In this document: positions 42,601-52,194 of the stretch, in pieces
Position numbering within the stretch: position 1 is the first letter of the stretch
Layout: the number at the start of each line of letters is the position of its first letter
Assembly (NCBI GenBank): GCA_945952225.1
Contig: CAMFHP010000008.1
Location: forward strand, 1-64,000
Direction of reading: 5' to 3'
DNA: 64,000 nt
Source: an uncultured Myxococcaceae bacterium
GTDB lineage: Bacteria; Myxococcota_A; Polyangia; Polyangiales; Ga0077539
Program-made: the position numbers and the translations under genes
The notes under the pieces: generated by a model
The model's input: the letters and a program-made list of their open reading frames with translations, nothing else
Database searches by the model: none
What the model was told of the DNA's origin: nothing

Positions 42601-43768
42601 CGCGCACGGCGCCGTCGCTCGCGCGGAGCCCCGTCGACTGCGCGCGGCTCACGTCGACGTCGACGCGGAGCTCTCCCACGCGCGTGCCGAGCGAGGCGAG
42701 CGGGAGCCGCCATGCGCGGCGGCCGTCGACGCCCGCGGAGAGCCACTGGGTGTACGTGATGCGCACGCGCCGCGTGGTGCCCGCGGCGATGGGATAGAGG
42801 CGCGCGTGGTAGCGCCCTGGAGCGTCCCATTCGAGCAGCGCGGGGTCGTGGGTGGAGCCGCGGTAGACCTGCGCCTGGTAGTCGGCGGCGGCGACGTTGC
42901 GCTCGCGCACGAAGCCGTCGACGAGCGCGCCCCGTCGGTCGACGGCGAAGCGTTGGAGCACCGCGCCGCGCGGCACCACGAGGGTGTAGAGGCCCTCGAC
43001 GGTGTCGGCGGTGGGGTTGAAGAAGGTCTCGTCGAGCTCGGTGATCGCGAGGTCACCCACCACGGCGACGTGCGCGTCGAGGCGCTGCAGCGCGAGGGGC
43101 CAGCGCGGCGCGCCCTGCTCGTCGGGGCGTCGCGCAGCCACCGCGCCGATGCCCATGGCGCTCGCCGTCTCGACGCCCGCGGGGAGCTCATCGGCGAGCC
43201 CGCCGGTCCAGTCGTCGAAGAGCGTTCGCGCGTTCACGGTGGCGCCCGAGACATCGATGCGCGCCGACTCGCCTGCGCGCACGAGTCCCTGACGTTCGCC
43301 CGCGCGCCATGCGACCTCGCCCGCGAGCACGTCGACGAGCGCTGCACCGCCCACGCGCGCCACGCTCGCACGCACCCCGCGCAGCGCGAGCGACACCGCG
43401 CCGACCGAGAGCGCCGCAGGGTCGTCGTCAGGCGCGTCGCGACGTCCGCCGATCCACACGCGCCCCGCGTCGAGCGTGAGCGCCGATGCGTTGTCGATGC
43501 GCACGCGCGCGTCGCGATCGAGGAGCACGCGGTCGCCGTGGTCGAGCGCAACGATGGCCCGCCCGGCGCTGTCGGTGCTGAGCACCGCACCCGCGACGAG
43601 GCGACGGAGGTCGGTCACGTCGACCGTGGAGTTCCCCTCGCGCAGCGACACGCCGGCGCGCACGCGCTCGACGTGGGCGACGGTGACGACGAGCGGCGAC
43701 GCGCGCTCGCACGCGGCGGACGACACGAACGTGGCAAGAACAACGGCCGCGGCGAACGAGAAGCGCAT
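39605..43768 (-). CDS. Giant secreted FecR-like / VIT / VWA / TPR-like protein (1387 aa); paralog 2
   Basis: Signal peptide MRFSFAAAVVLATFVSSAAC. Same domain order as its neighbour (VAVVGDLAITELDETFFN...; DLVVVVDHSAATD...GGATDLGAMF...VIVYVGDGDA), plus a Pro/Ala/Thr-rich spacer. Its stop overlaps the start of paralog 1 by 4 nt. Confidence 0.75.
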   Translation of the reverse strand: MRFSFAAAVVLATFVSSAACERASPLVVTVAHVERVRAGVSLREGNSTVDVTDLRRLVAGAVLSTDSAGRAIVALDHGDRVLLDRDARVRIDNASALTLDAGRVWIGGRRDAPDDDPAALSVGAVSLALRGVRASVARVGGAALVDVLAGEVAWRAGERQGLVRAGESARIDVSGATVNARTLFDDWTGGLADELPAGVETASAMGIGAVAARRPDEQGAPRWPLALQRLDAHVAVVGDLAITELDETFFNPTADTVEGLYTLVVPRGAVLQRFAVDRRGALVDGFVRERNVAAADYQAQVYRGSTHDPALLEWDAPGRYHARLYPIAAGTTRRVRITYTQWLSAGVDGRRAWRLPLASLGTRVGELRVDVDVSRAQSTGLRASDGAVRDGDHLTFSRSDTLPAADFVLDLEGPPPLAASVVRVPSSGAVGDRFGFVRVAVQPPFSEALTARDEGVDLVVVVDHSAATDPASALLGQAFAEALVRSLSPRDRLLVLAGDVSTRSVGAPEARLAAVTDEARQRLLDALANDRRGGATDLGAMFDAAHAALDPRRNGVIVYVGDGDATVGEADVTALRARLARMDPHPRLYAIAVGDAPKLDVLAGIAAPTGFAARVARRAEVARTAIEVIEHATRPLVRGFQVDLGPDVERVYPVGPVDVPAGEPLVVVGRATGDRTPRVTVRARWNGQERVRTVDPAVRTLADRDDLRARWASARLDHLLATGEPRAVVVELGTRFGLVTPFTSFYVPSEDEPLVPRDARRESDLRWSLVDLIPLVGCARLDHEAREEVPAATVAQAPVAAPAPSASTTTPTAAPQDIDRTTNIPAQPEAPSSPGVAREAAQQEQPLAPMNRNAAEAEPTVAAPPPPPTAAPVMPATERAADGLRPAGGRRATTSRWGIEGSSVAGFDGDERNARDHREPAADQAQRAAQSAPAPAETTALARCSDAAAVTLAERVSLWRERLAQADAATALRVWSDAKRACELPAWPDRVAMLRVLAQTVGSVDGQIALYRGLARDAGARAWMRDVLLRTLARRGELARADELGLGRLDAATLSAALAHAVTPRERLSVLLALSRVHGDDFELALLVLDAAVLADDREVVRATAAKLREDPRTDARARTVVGEALFAIGDEAEARRAFSEIVEFAPDDPAARQRLGDIALAHGWAQEAYRQFQTLATLRRDAPEILLRLAWAARAAGRFDESIRLAERVSTAGGPGATDGTVEAAAAWIATELALAASDPHAAARDVAALRARWRRSPAARGAGAVRVVLRALHPDESAELWVATRDVPLRRAELVGAQVPLEGAVWSDVPAGLSLEVRRAGGGRPRGDVELVVLWNEGTPRERVVRQRVRFEASQSRARFDVVDGALTPPPEPDTHVRIATRRAP

Positions 43769-44064
43769 GGCGATGGCCGATCCTTCGGGCGTGGAGGGGT
43801 GACGCGAGGCCCGCTTCGATCCGTACGGGCGCGCTGCACGTCGACGTGACGTGGAGCGCGTCGGACCGACGAGGCGCGCGGTGCCTTGGCAAGTTCGCGC
43901 AGCACGTGGCCGAGATGCCCGCCGAAGTGTTGCCCGTGATCGACCCGCGTCGCGACACTTCCCGACGACCGGATGCGGGAGATCACGGCGTGCTCAAGGC
44001 GCGCGGTCATCCCGCCGAGAGGAGCCTCTCGGAAGCGCCGGTTGCGGCGCACTTCGGGAGATCC

Positions 44065-44289
44065 ATGCGAACGAACGCGGTCGAGCACGTGGTGGCGATG
44101 GTGTCGGCGGTGGCCCTCGTGGCGGTGGCCGCCGTGGTGGTGCTGCGAGCGCCGTTGGCGCAGGGCGCGGCCCGTCACGCAGGGCGCCCGCACACGCCCG
44201 GCGTGGTGGAGCGGGCGCAGACGACCGCGTGTTCGGCGCGGTGCGCGGCGGGCCTCGAAGCGTGCCTCGCGCGGTGCGCGCTCCGTTGA
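44065..44289 (+). CDS. Small membrane-anchored Cys-rich hypothetical protein (74 aa)
   Basis: Internal ATG preceded by GGGAGA. One TM helix (VVAMVSAVALVAVAAVVVL) then TACSARCAAGLEACLARCA (CxxxC-x7-CxxxC). It sits inside the 640-nt region upstream of the sigma-54 activator. Weak. Confidence 0.25.
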   Translation: MRTNAVEHVVAMVSAVALVAVAAVVVLRAPLAQGAARHAGRPHTPGVVERAQTTACSARCAAGLEACLARCALR

Positions 44290-44408
44290 ACAGGTGAAAC
44301 TGTCGCGTCGCGCGGAGATCGGTCGAAGGTTTCTCCGGTTCGCGGTCATACACCGTGCAGGACGTTGCGCGGCCCGCGCAGCGCAGCCCCCACGACGAAC
44401 GAGACGCC

Positions 44409-45686
44409 ATGGAACACACCGACACCTCTTCGCTCGATCACGGCCTCCCCTCCCCAGCGGCGTCTGCGCGTCTGCTCGTCGACGAGGGCGGGCGCGCGCC
44501 GCGTACGGTCCTCGTGGCGCCGGGCTCGGTGCTGCGCGTCGGCCGGGCGCCCGACCTGGAGCTCTCGCTCGACGATCCCCGCGCATCGCGCACGCACTGT
44601 CTCCTCCGCTACGACGGCCAGTCGGTCACCCTGCAGGATCTCGAAAGCTCGAACGGCACGTGGATCGGCGCGAACCGCGTCCACGGGACCGTGCCCCTCG
44701 CGAACGGCGCGCTCTTTCGCGTGGGGAGCACCTCGGTGGTGCTGCTCCTGCCCGAGCGTGAGGCGTCGGCGCGCACGCTCCCCGCGACGGCCCCTGCGCC
44801 CGTGATGGTCGACCCTGCGACGGTGTCGCTCTTCGACCTCGCGCGACGCCTCGGACCGACGGACCTCGCGGTGCTGGTGCAGGGCGAGACGGGCTCGGGC
44901 AAGGAGGTGGTCGCGCGGGCGATCCATCAATCGAGCCCGCGGGCGACGGGACCCGTCGTGGTGGTGAACTGCGCGGTGCTCTCCGACGCGGTGAACGAGC
45001 CCGACAACGCGCAGCGCATCGCGGAGTACTTCGACACCGCGGAGGGGGGCACGCTCCTCCTCGACGAGGTGGGCGAGCTGTCGGCCGTGAGCCAGGCGCG
45101 CCTGCTCCGCGCCCTGCAGGAGCGCACGGTGGGGGCGTCGACCACGTCGGGCGTGCGGGTCGTCGCGACGACGCACCTCGACCTCGCGCGCGAGGTGTCG
45201 GCGGGACGCTTCCGCGAAGACCTCTACTTTCGCCTCAACGGCGTGACCGTCGACGTGCCCCCGCTGCGCGCACGCGCGAAGGACATTCCCGCGCTCGTGC
45301 AGCGCATGCTCGAAGAGCACGGCGGCACCCTCACGCTGGGCACCGGCGTCGCGGCGGTGCTCGCGGCGCATCGCTGGCCCGGCAACGTGCGGGAGCTCCG
45401 CAACGCCCTCTCGTCGGCGGTGGCCCTCGCGCAGGGCGGGGTGATCAAGGTCGAGCACCTTCCGCCCGCGGTGCGCGGTGACAGCGCGGCCTCGTCGGCC
45501 CCGGTATCGCCGCTGCGCGAGCGCGTCGATGAGACCGAGCGCAAGGTCATCATCACGGCCCTCGAGAGCACCGGGTGGAACCAGTCGCGCGCCGCGCGGG
45601 TGCTGGGCATCTCGCGCCGCGCGCTGATCTACAAGATGGAGCGCTACGGTCTGAAGCCCCTGCCCAACGGCCAGCGTCACGCCTGA
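44409..45686 (+). CDS. Sigma-54-dependent transcriptional activator with an N-terminal FHA domain (Fis-type HTH)
   Basis: MEHTDTSS..., then an FHA-like segment ([47 protein letters not shown]). AAA+ sigma-54 interaction domain ([27 protein letters not shown], an ESELFGH-equivalent region, GNVRELRN). C-terminal HTH ([22 protein letters not shown]). Confidence 0.85.
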   Translation: MEHTDTSSLDHGLPSPAASARLLVDEGGRAPRTVLVAPGSVLRVGRAPDLELSLDDPRASRTHCLLRYDGQSVTLQDLESSNGTWIGANRVHGTVPLANGALFRVGSTSVVLLLPEREASARTLPATAPAPVMVDPATVSLFDLARRLGPTDLAVLVQGETGSGKEVVARAIHQSSPRATGPVVVVNCAVLSDAVNEPDNAQRIAEYFDTAEGGTLLLDEVGELSAVSQARLLRALQERTVGASTTSGVRVVATTHLDLAREVSAGRFREDLYFRLNGVTVDVPPLRARAKDIPALVQRMLEEHGGTLTLGTGVAAVLAAHRWPGNVRELRNALSSAVALAQGGVIKVEHLPPAVRGDSAASSAPVSPLRERVDETERKVIITALESTGWNQSRAARVLGISRRALIYKMERYGLKPLPNGQRHA

Positions 45687-45811
45687 CCGACGACGCCCCA
45701 TCGACGGGGCGGCCACCGCACGTTGACGTGCACGTTTCCAGCAGAGACGGGGTATGCTCCGCAGGTGGCGCGCGGCCCCCGATCGCGCCGCGCGGAGTCG
45801 ACCCGACCACG

Positions 45812-47338
<1,527 letters not shown>

Positions 47339-47393
47339 CACGTAGTGGGCACCGCGGCGTCGGGGGGACCCGACACGCGCATGGCGCCACACG

Positions 47394-48596
47394 ATGCTTC
47401 ACCGTTCCAGCCGTCTCCGCGTTGCCCTCCTCGCGTCGTGCACGTGTGTGCTGTGGGGTGGTGCGACGAACGCGCAGCCCGCGCCGCAGACGACGCCCAC
47501 CGCCGCCCAGGTCGCCGAAGGTCGAGAGCATTTCGACCGCGGAATCAGGCTCTTCGACGAGTCGAACTTCGATGGCGCGCTCGTGGAGTTCCAGCGCGCG
47601 TGGGACCTCTCGCAGCGCTCCTCGGTGCTCACGAACATCGCCGCGGCCTGTCAGGCCCTGCACCGTTACGCCGACGCCATCGCGGCCCTCGAGCGCTACC
47701 TCACCGTGTCGACCGACGCGCGCCAGCGACGACAGGTGCAGCGCGCGATCGAGGAGCTCCGGGAGCTCATCGCCTACGTGCGTGTGACGGTGGTGCCCGC
47801 CGACGCGCAGGTGCGCCTCGACGCGCGCTCCATCGATGCCTCGCAGGAGGTGCTCGTCGGCCCCGGCACGCACCACATCGAGGCGACGCACGCGGGCCGC
47901 GTGGCCGCCTCGGCAGATTTCACCATCGCCTCGGGCGAGCACCGCGAGGTGCGCCTCACCCTCGCGGAGACCGCAGGCGGCACCACCGGACCGACGGTGC
48001 TCATCGTCGACCCCGCGAACCCGCCGCCCCCGCCGCCTCCGCCGCCCCCGCCTCCACCGTCCACGATCGCGGTCGACGGCGTTCCCTCGAACGCCACGCT
48101 GCGCCTCGACGGCGTGCCCATGGTGCTCGACGGACGCCCGCTCACCGTGGCCCCCGGCGCCCATCGCGTCGAGATCTCGGCCCCCGGCATGCGCCCGTGG
48201 AGTGGGCCCATCACAGCCCGCGCGCAGGCGTCGCACCGCCTCCACGTGTCGCTCTCGCCCGCGACCACGGGAATGCGCCCGATCTACTTCATCGCCGCGG
48301 CTTCGGCGACGGGCGTGTTCCTCATCGCGACGGTGGCGACGGGGCTCTCGGCCATCAGCACGCACTCGGAGTACATGTCGCTCGCGCCCGGCGATCCGCG
48401 CATCGCGACGCTCGGCTCCGAGGGGCGCGCGCTCTCCATCGCGTCCGACCTCCTGGGTCTCGGCACCCTCGGACTCGGCGCGCTCTCCGTGGTGCTCTTC
48501 ACCCGCACGTCGTTTCACAACGAGCCCTCGTCGGCGCGCTTCGTTCTCGCGCCGACCGCGGGCGGCGCCACCGCGGGCGCGACCTTCACGTTCTGA
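47394..48596 (+). CDS. Secreted TPR-like / PEGA-domain protein with a 14-Pro linker and a C-terminal TM
   Basis: Signal peptide. TPR-like N-terminus (EGREHFDRGIRLFDESNFDGALVEFQRAWDL). PEGA-like segment (YVRVTVVPADAQVRLDARSI...HHIEATHAG). [15 protein letters not shown]-terminal hydrophobic segment. Confidence 0.55.
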   Translation: MLHRSSRLRVALLASCTCVLWGGATNAQPAPQTTPTAAQVAEGREHFDRGIRLFDESNFDGALVEFQRAWDLSQRSSVLTNIAAACQALHRYADAIAALERYLTVSTDARQRRQVQRAIEELRELIAYVRVTVVPADAQVRLDARSIDASQEVLVGPGTHHIEATHAGRVAASADFTIASGEHREVRLTLAETAGGTTGPTVLIVDPANPPPPPPPPPPPPPSTIAVDGVPSNATLRLDGVPMVLDGRPLTVAPGAHRVEISAPGMRPWSGPITARAQASHRLHVSLSPATTGMRPIYFIAAASATGVFLIATVATGLSAISTHSEYMSLAPGDPRIATLGSEGRALSIASDLLGLGTLGLGALSVVLFTRTSFHNEPSSARFVLAPTAGGATAGATFTF

Positions 48597-48598
48597 CC

Positions 48599-49558
48599 AT
48601 GCGCCGACGCGCGTGGTGCGAGACGCTCCCGCTGGCCGACCTGGCCGCTGCGAGACCCATGTCGCTCGCCGCGCGCTACGGGCTCGGGCTCCTCGTCGCG
48701 GTGCGTCCCGAGTCGCTCGACGCGCTGCCTGCGCTCCTCGCCGCGAGCGCGCATCACGGCGTGCGAATCACCGTGTGGCCCATGCTCGACGACGCGCACG
48801 GACGCTGGCTCGGCGTACGCACCGTCGACACCTTCGGCGCCTTTCTCGATGAAGTGCTCGCGCGTTGCCCCGCGGGCTCCATCGACGCGGTGGCCTTCGA
48901 CCTCGAACCGCCCATCGGGCTCGTGTCGCGCGTGCTCTCGTCGACACGCGCCGCCTCCCTCACGCCCCGCGACGCGCGCAGCCCTGGATTCACCGTCGGC
49001 CGCGACGCGATCGCATCCCTCGTGGCCCGCGTGCACGACCGCGGACTCGACGCGGTGGCCGCCGCCGTGCCCATGACGCTCTTCGATGGCCCCGCCGCGC
49101 GGTGGCAGCGCGCCCTCGGCACGCCCGTCGACGGCCTCGCGTGGGACCACGTCACCGCCATGGCCTACTCCACGATGTTCGAAGGGTGGTCGCTGCGCAC
49201 GCTCGACCGCCGCGACGCGCTCGCCGTCGTGGCCGCCTGCGCACGCGCCGCGCGTGAACGCCACGGTGCCCGCGCGGACCTCTCACTCGGCGCCATCGAC
49301 ACCGGCGCCCTCGGCGATGAGCCCGTCTACCGCTCGCCCGCGGAGCTTGCCGACGATGTGGCCGTCGCCCACGCGTGCGGCGTCGACGACCTGACGCTCT
49401 TCGACTACGCGGGCGCGCTCCGACGGGGGCGACCGGAGGCGTGGCTCGACGCGTTCACGGCGCCGCCGCGCGCGATCGAGGTGCCGACGACGTGGCGCGC
49501 CTCGGCGGTGGTGCGGAGCTTCGAAGCGTTCGGCGGCGCCTGGCCCGCGCGCCGCTGA
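48599..49558 (+). CDS. Hypothetical protein (319 aa)
   Basis: The ATG at 48599 immediately follows the upstream stop. GC3-rich. No motif recognised. Confidence 0.5.
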   Translation: MRRRAWCETLPLADLAAARPMSLAARYGLGLLVAVRPESLDALPALLAASAHHGVRITVWPMLDDAHGRWLGVRTVDTFGAFLDEVLARCPAGSIDAVAFDLEPPIGLVSRVLSSTRAASLTPRDARSPGFTVGRDAIASLVARVHDRGLDAVAAAVPMTLFDGPAARWQRALGTPVDGLAWDHVTAMAYSTMFEGWSLRTLDRRDALAVVAACARAARERHGARADLSLGAIDTGALGDEPVYRSPAELADDVAVAHACGVDDLTLFDYAGALRRGRPEAWLDAFTAPPRAIEVPTTWRASAVVRSFEAFGGAWPARR

Positions 49559-50053
49559 TCACGCGCCCTGGAACATCATCGCCAGCTCCGACGCGAGGAT
49601 GCGCGAGGTCTCGCTGGCGCTGCATCCCGCGCAGCCCGCGATGGCCCGCTGCGAGTCTTCGAACATCACCCGCGCGCGCGCCATGTCGCCCTCGCACGCC
49701 GTCGCGAGCACGGCGAGCGTGCGCGCCTCGCCGCAGCCCGGTCCGAGCGTTTCGAGGCGGTCGGAGCACGCGCGCACGAGGTCGGTGCGCCCCGCGCGCA
49801 ACGCGAGGATGGCGACACGCGCCACCGCGGTCTTGTCGCGGAGCCCCTCGACGGACCCGTCCGCGAGCAGGTCGTCGAGGGAGGCCGAGAGCGCCGCCGG
49901 ATCGTCGTCGGAGAAGTCGTCCCACAGCGCGGCGACTCGGTCGTCGGTGGGCAGACGGAGCGCGCGCTGCTTCGCCTCGAAGCGCGTGTTCACCCGATGG
50001 ATCCAGAGCGAGAGCGCGACCACGCCCACCACGATCGCAATCAGCGTCGGCAT
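49559..50053 (-). CDS. Membrane-anchored hypothetical protein (164 aa)
   Basis: Internal ATG (MPTLIAIVVGVVALSLWIHRV...), one N-terminal TM helix, and a soluble helical domain with CGEA / CAGC cysteines. Confidence 0.45.
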   Translation of the reverse strand: MPTLIAIVVGVVALSLWIHRVNTRFEAKQRALRLPTDDRVAALWDDFSDDDPAALSASLDDLLADGSVEGLRDKTAVARVAILALRAGRTDLVRACSDRLETLGPGCGEARTLAVLATACEGDMARARVMFEDSQRAIAGCAGCSASETSRILASELAMMFQGA

Positions 50054-50119
50054 GGCGTATCGGAGACCACAGCCGCGGCGCTTCGCGCAAGGGCGCCGGG
50101 GCCTCGCAGGAGTCGCTCC

Positions 50120-50713
50120 ATGGCCCCGAACCCCGACAGCTACGAAGCCCGTTACATGAACGCCGACGCGGCGGTGATCCAGTCGCGCAAGCCGATGCCC
50201 TGGTGGTTCTTCGCGATCCTCGGGGTGGCGGCGCTCGTCTCCGTGGGCTCGGGCCTCGCGTCGGGCTCCTTCGCGGCGCTGCTCTCGCTGCCGGTGATCG
50301 CGGTGGTGGCGCTCGTGCTCTCGGTGCTGCGCGTGGTCGTGACGCGCGAGTTCGTGCACGTGCAGCTCGGGCTCTGGGGACCGAAGATCGCCCTCGCCGA
50401 CATCCTCTCCATCGAGGCCATGGACTACCCCGCGATGCGCTACGGCGGCTGGGGCATTCGCCGCGGCCTCGACGGGAGCTGGGCGTACAGCACCCCCGGC
50501 GGCAACGGTCGCTGCGTGCGCATCGAGTACCGCGACGGCGATCGCACGAAGGCCGTGTGCGTGTCGACCAACGACGCCGACGAGGTGGTCAGCGCCGTGC
50601 GCTCGCTCAAGGCTGGAGGAACGGGCGTACGCGTCGAGACGGAGTCCCTCGCGGCCCCCGAGGAGGCCGAGGTTCCACGCGCTTCGGAGGACGCGGCGAA
50701 GGCCCGGAGGTGA
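50120..50713 (+). CDS. Membrane hypothetical protein (about 198 aa)
   Basis: Internal ATG (MAPNPDSYEARYMNADAAV...), two TM helices, then a beta-rich domain (bacterial PH-like?). Confidence 0.45.
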   Translation: MAPNPDSYEARYMNADAAVIQSRKPMPWWFFAILGVAALVSVGSGLASGSFAALLSLPVIAVVALVLSVLRVVVTREFVHVQLGLWGPKIALADILSIEAMDYPAMRYGGWGIRRGLDGSWAYSTPGGNGRCVRIEYRDGDRTKAVCVSTNDADEVVSAVRSLKAGGTGVRVETESLAAPEEAEVPRASEDAAKARR

Positions 50714-50738
50714 CGGCCTCGCGCGCGTCGGTGATAGC

Positions 50739-52184
50739 GTGCGCGCCGTGGTTGAAGACCGTCTTTCGAGGCTCCGCGCGCTCCCGGCCGCCCACGCGCT
50801 GCTCGCACACGAAGCCCTCCGCACGCTCGCGCAGACCCGCGGCGACGACACGGTGAAGCGCCTCGTGCGCGCGTCCCTCGAACGCGCCCGACGCGCGCTC
50901 CTCGACGGATCGCTCGACGGGGACCGCGCGGCGCTCACCGCAGCTCTTGTGGCCGACGTGCTGACGGTCTCGGCGCGCGAGCAGGAGCCCGGACTGCGCG
51001 CCGTGGTCAACGCGACCGGCGTGGTGCTCCACACGAACCTCGGACGCGCGCCCCTCGGCGACCGCGTGCTCGACGAGGTGCGCGAGGCCTGTCGGAGCTA
51101 CGCCACGCTCGAATACGACCTCGACGAAGGACGGCGCGGGCACCGCGACCTCGCCCTCGCCACACGCCTCGCGCGGCTCACCGGCGCCGACGACGCCACG
51201 GTGGTGAACAACGGTGCGGCGGCGGTTCTTCTCGCATCGACCGCCCTCGCCGCGGGGCGCGAGGTGGTGGTCTCGCGCGGTGAGCTCGTCGAGATCGGCG
51301 GCGGGTTTCGCATCCCCGACGTGCTCACGTCGTGCGGCGCGACGCTCGTCGAAGTGGGCACCACGAACCGCACGCGCGTCGACGACTACGCCCGCGCGAT
51401 CACCGGGCGCACGGGCGCGGTGATGAAGGTCCACCCGAGCAACTTTGCGATCACGGGCTTCACCGCGTCGGCCGATGTGCGCGCACTTGCAGACGTGTGC
51501 AGGTCGCGAGGCGTTCCCCTCGTCGAAGACCTCGGGAGCGGCGCGATGGTCGACACCGCGCACTTCGGCGTTCCCCGCGAGCGCACGGCCCGCGACGCGC
51601 TCGCCGAGGGCGTCGACCTCGTGATCGTGTCGGGCGACAAGCTCCTCGGCGGTCCGCAGGCGGGCATCCTCGCCGGCCGCGCCGAGCTCGTCGCGCGCAT
51701 GCGCCGTCATCCGCTCATGCGCGCGCTGCGTCCCGGTCGACTCGTGGTCGCCGCGCTCGACGCCACGCTGCGCGCCTACGAAGAGCAGCGCGCCCATCGC
51801 GACGTCGCCGCCGTGGCCCTGCTCGCACAACCGCTCGCCGTGCTCGAAGCGAGGGCCCGACGCATGGCCGCAGGGCTCCCAGAGGCCCGTGTAGCGCCCG
51901 TCGAAGGGCGCGTGGGCGGCGGCACCCTTCCGACGGCGGCGCTGCCCTCCTGGGGCGTTCGCGTGGTGGGAATCCATGCGGCCGCGGTCGAGCGACGGTT
52001 GCGTGCGGCGCGTCCCGCGGTGGTGGCGCGCATCGAGAGCGGAGAGGTCGTGCTCGACGCGCGGACGGTGCGAGACGACGAGGTCGACGCGGTGCGCGCG
52101 GCGCTCACCCTCGCGGTCGCTGCGGGCGGAGACGTCGTCTCGACGGACGCGCGCGCAGACGACGGCGACGACGGCAGCCCGTGA
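50739..52184 (+). CDS. selA: L-seryl-tRNA(Sec) selenium transferase
   Basis: VVNATGVVLHTNLGRAPL, VVNNGAAAVLL, FRIPDV and SGDKLLGGPQAGI (PLP lysine) match SelA motifs. GTG start. Confidence 0.85.
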   Translation: MRAVVEDRLSRLRALPAAHALLAHEALRTLAQTRGDDTVKRLVRASLERARRALLDGSLDGDRAALTAALVADVLTVSAREQEPGLRAVVNATGVVLHTNLGRAPLGDRVLDEVREACRSYATLEYDLDEGRRGHRDLALATRLARLTGADDATVVNNGAAAVLLASTALAAGREVVVSRGELVEIGGGFRIPDVLTSCGATLVEVGTTNRTRVDDYARAITGRTGAVMKVHPSNFAITGFTASADVRALADVCRSRGVPLVEDLGSGAMVDTAHFGVPRERTARDALAEGVDLVIVSGDKLLGGPQAGILAGRAELVARMRRHPLMRALRPGRLVVAALDATLRAYEEQRAHRDVAAVALLAQPLAVLEARARRMAAGLPEARVAPVEGRVGGGTLPTAALPSWGVRVVGIHAAAVERRLRAARPAVVARIESGEVVLDARTVRDDEVDAVRAALTLAVAAGGDVVSTDARADDGDDGSP

Positions 52185-52194
52185 TCGATGGGGC

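Noticed and set aside
35941-42830. Multiple long + strand ORFs (37233..39725, 39635..41119, 40009..41544, 41420..43849) over the VWA giants
   Set aside because: All are antisense or off-frame to the two minus-strand VWA/VIT genes. The translations are Arg/Ala/Gly-rich.
43887-43901. Sigma-54-like -24/-12 element TGGCAAGTTCGCGCA
   Set aside because: The -12 element is CGCA rather than TTGC, so it is weak. Kept only as a note inside the regulatory-region finding.
47345-49558. 737-aa + ORF spanning the PEGA and hypothetical genes
   Set aside because: A frame-fusion artefact. The signal-peptide-bearing frame (47394) and the 48599 ATG that follows a stop give two sensible genes. The long frame has a low-complexity N-terminus.
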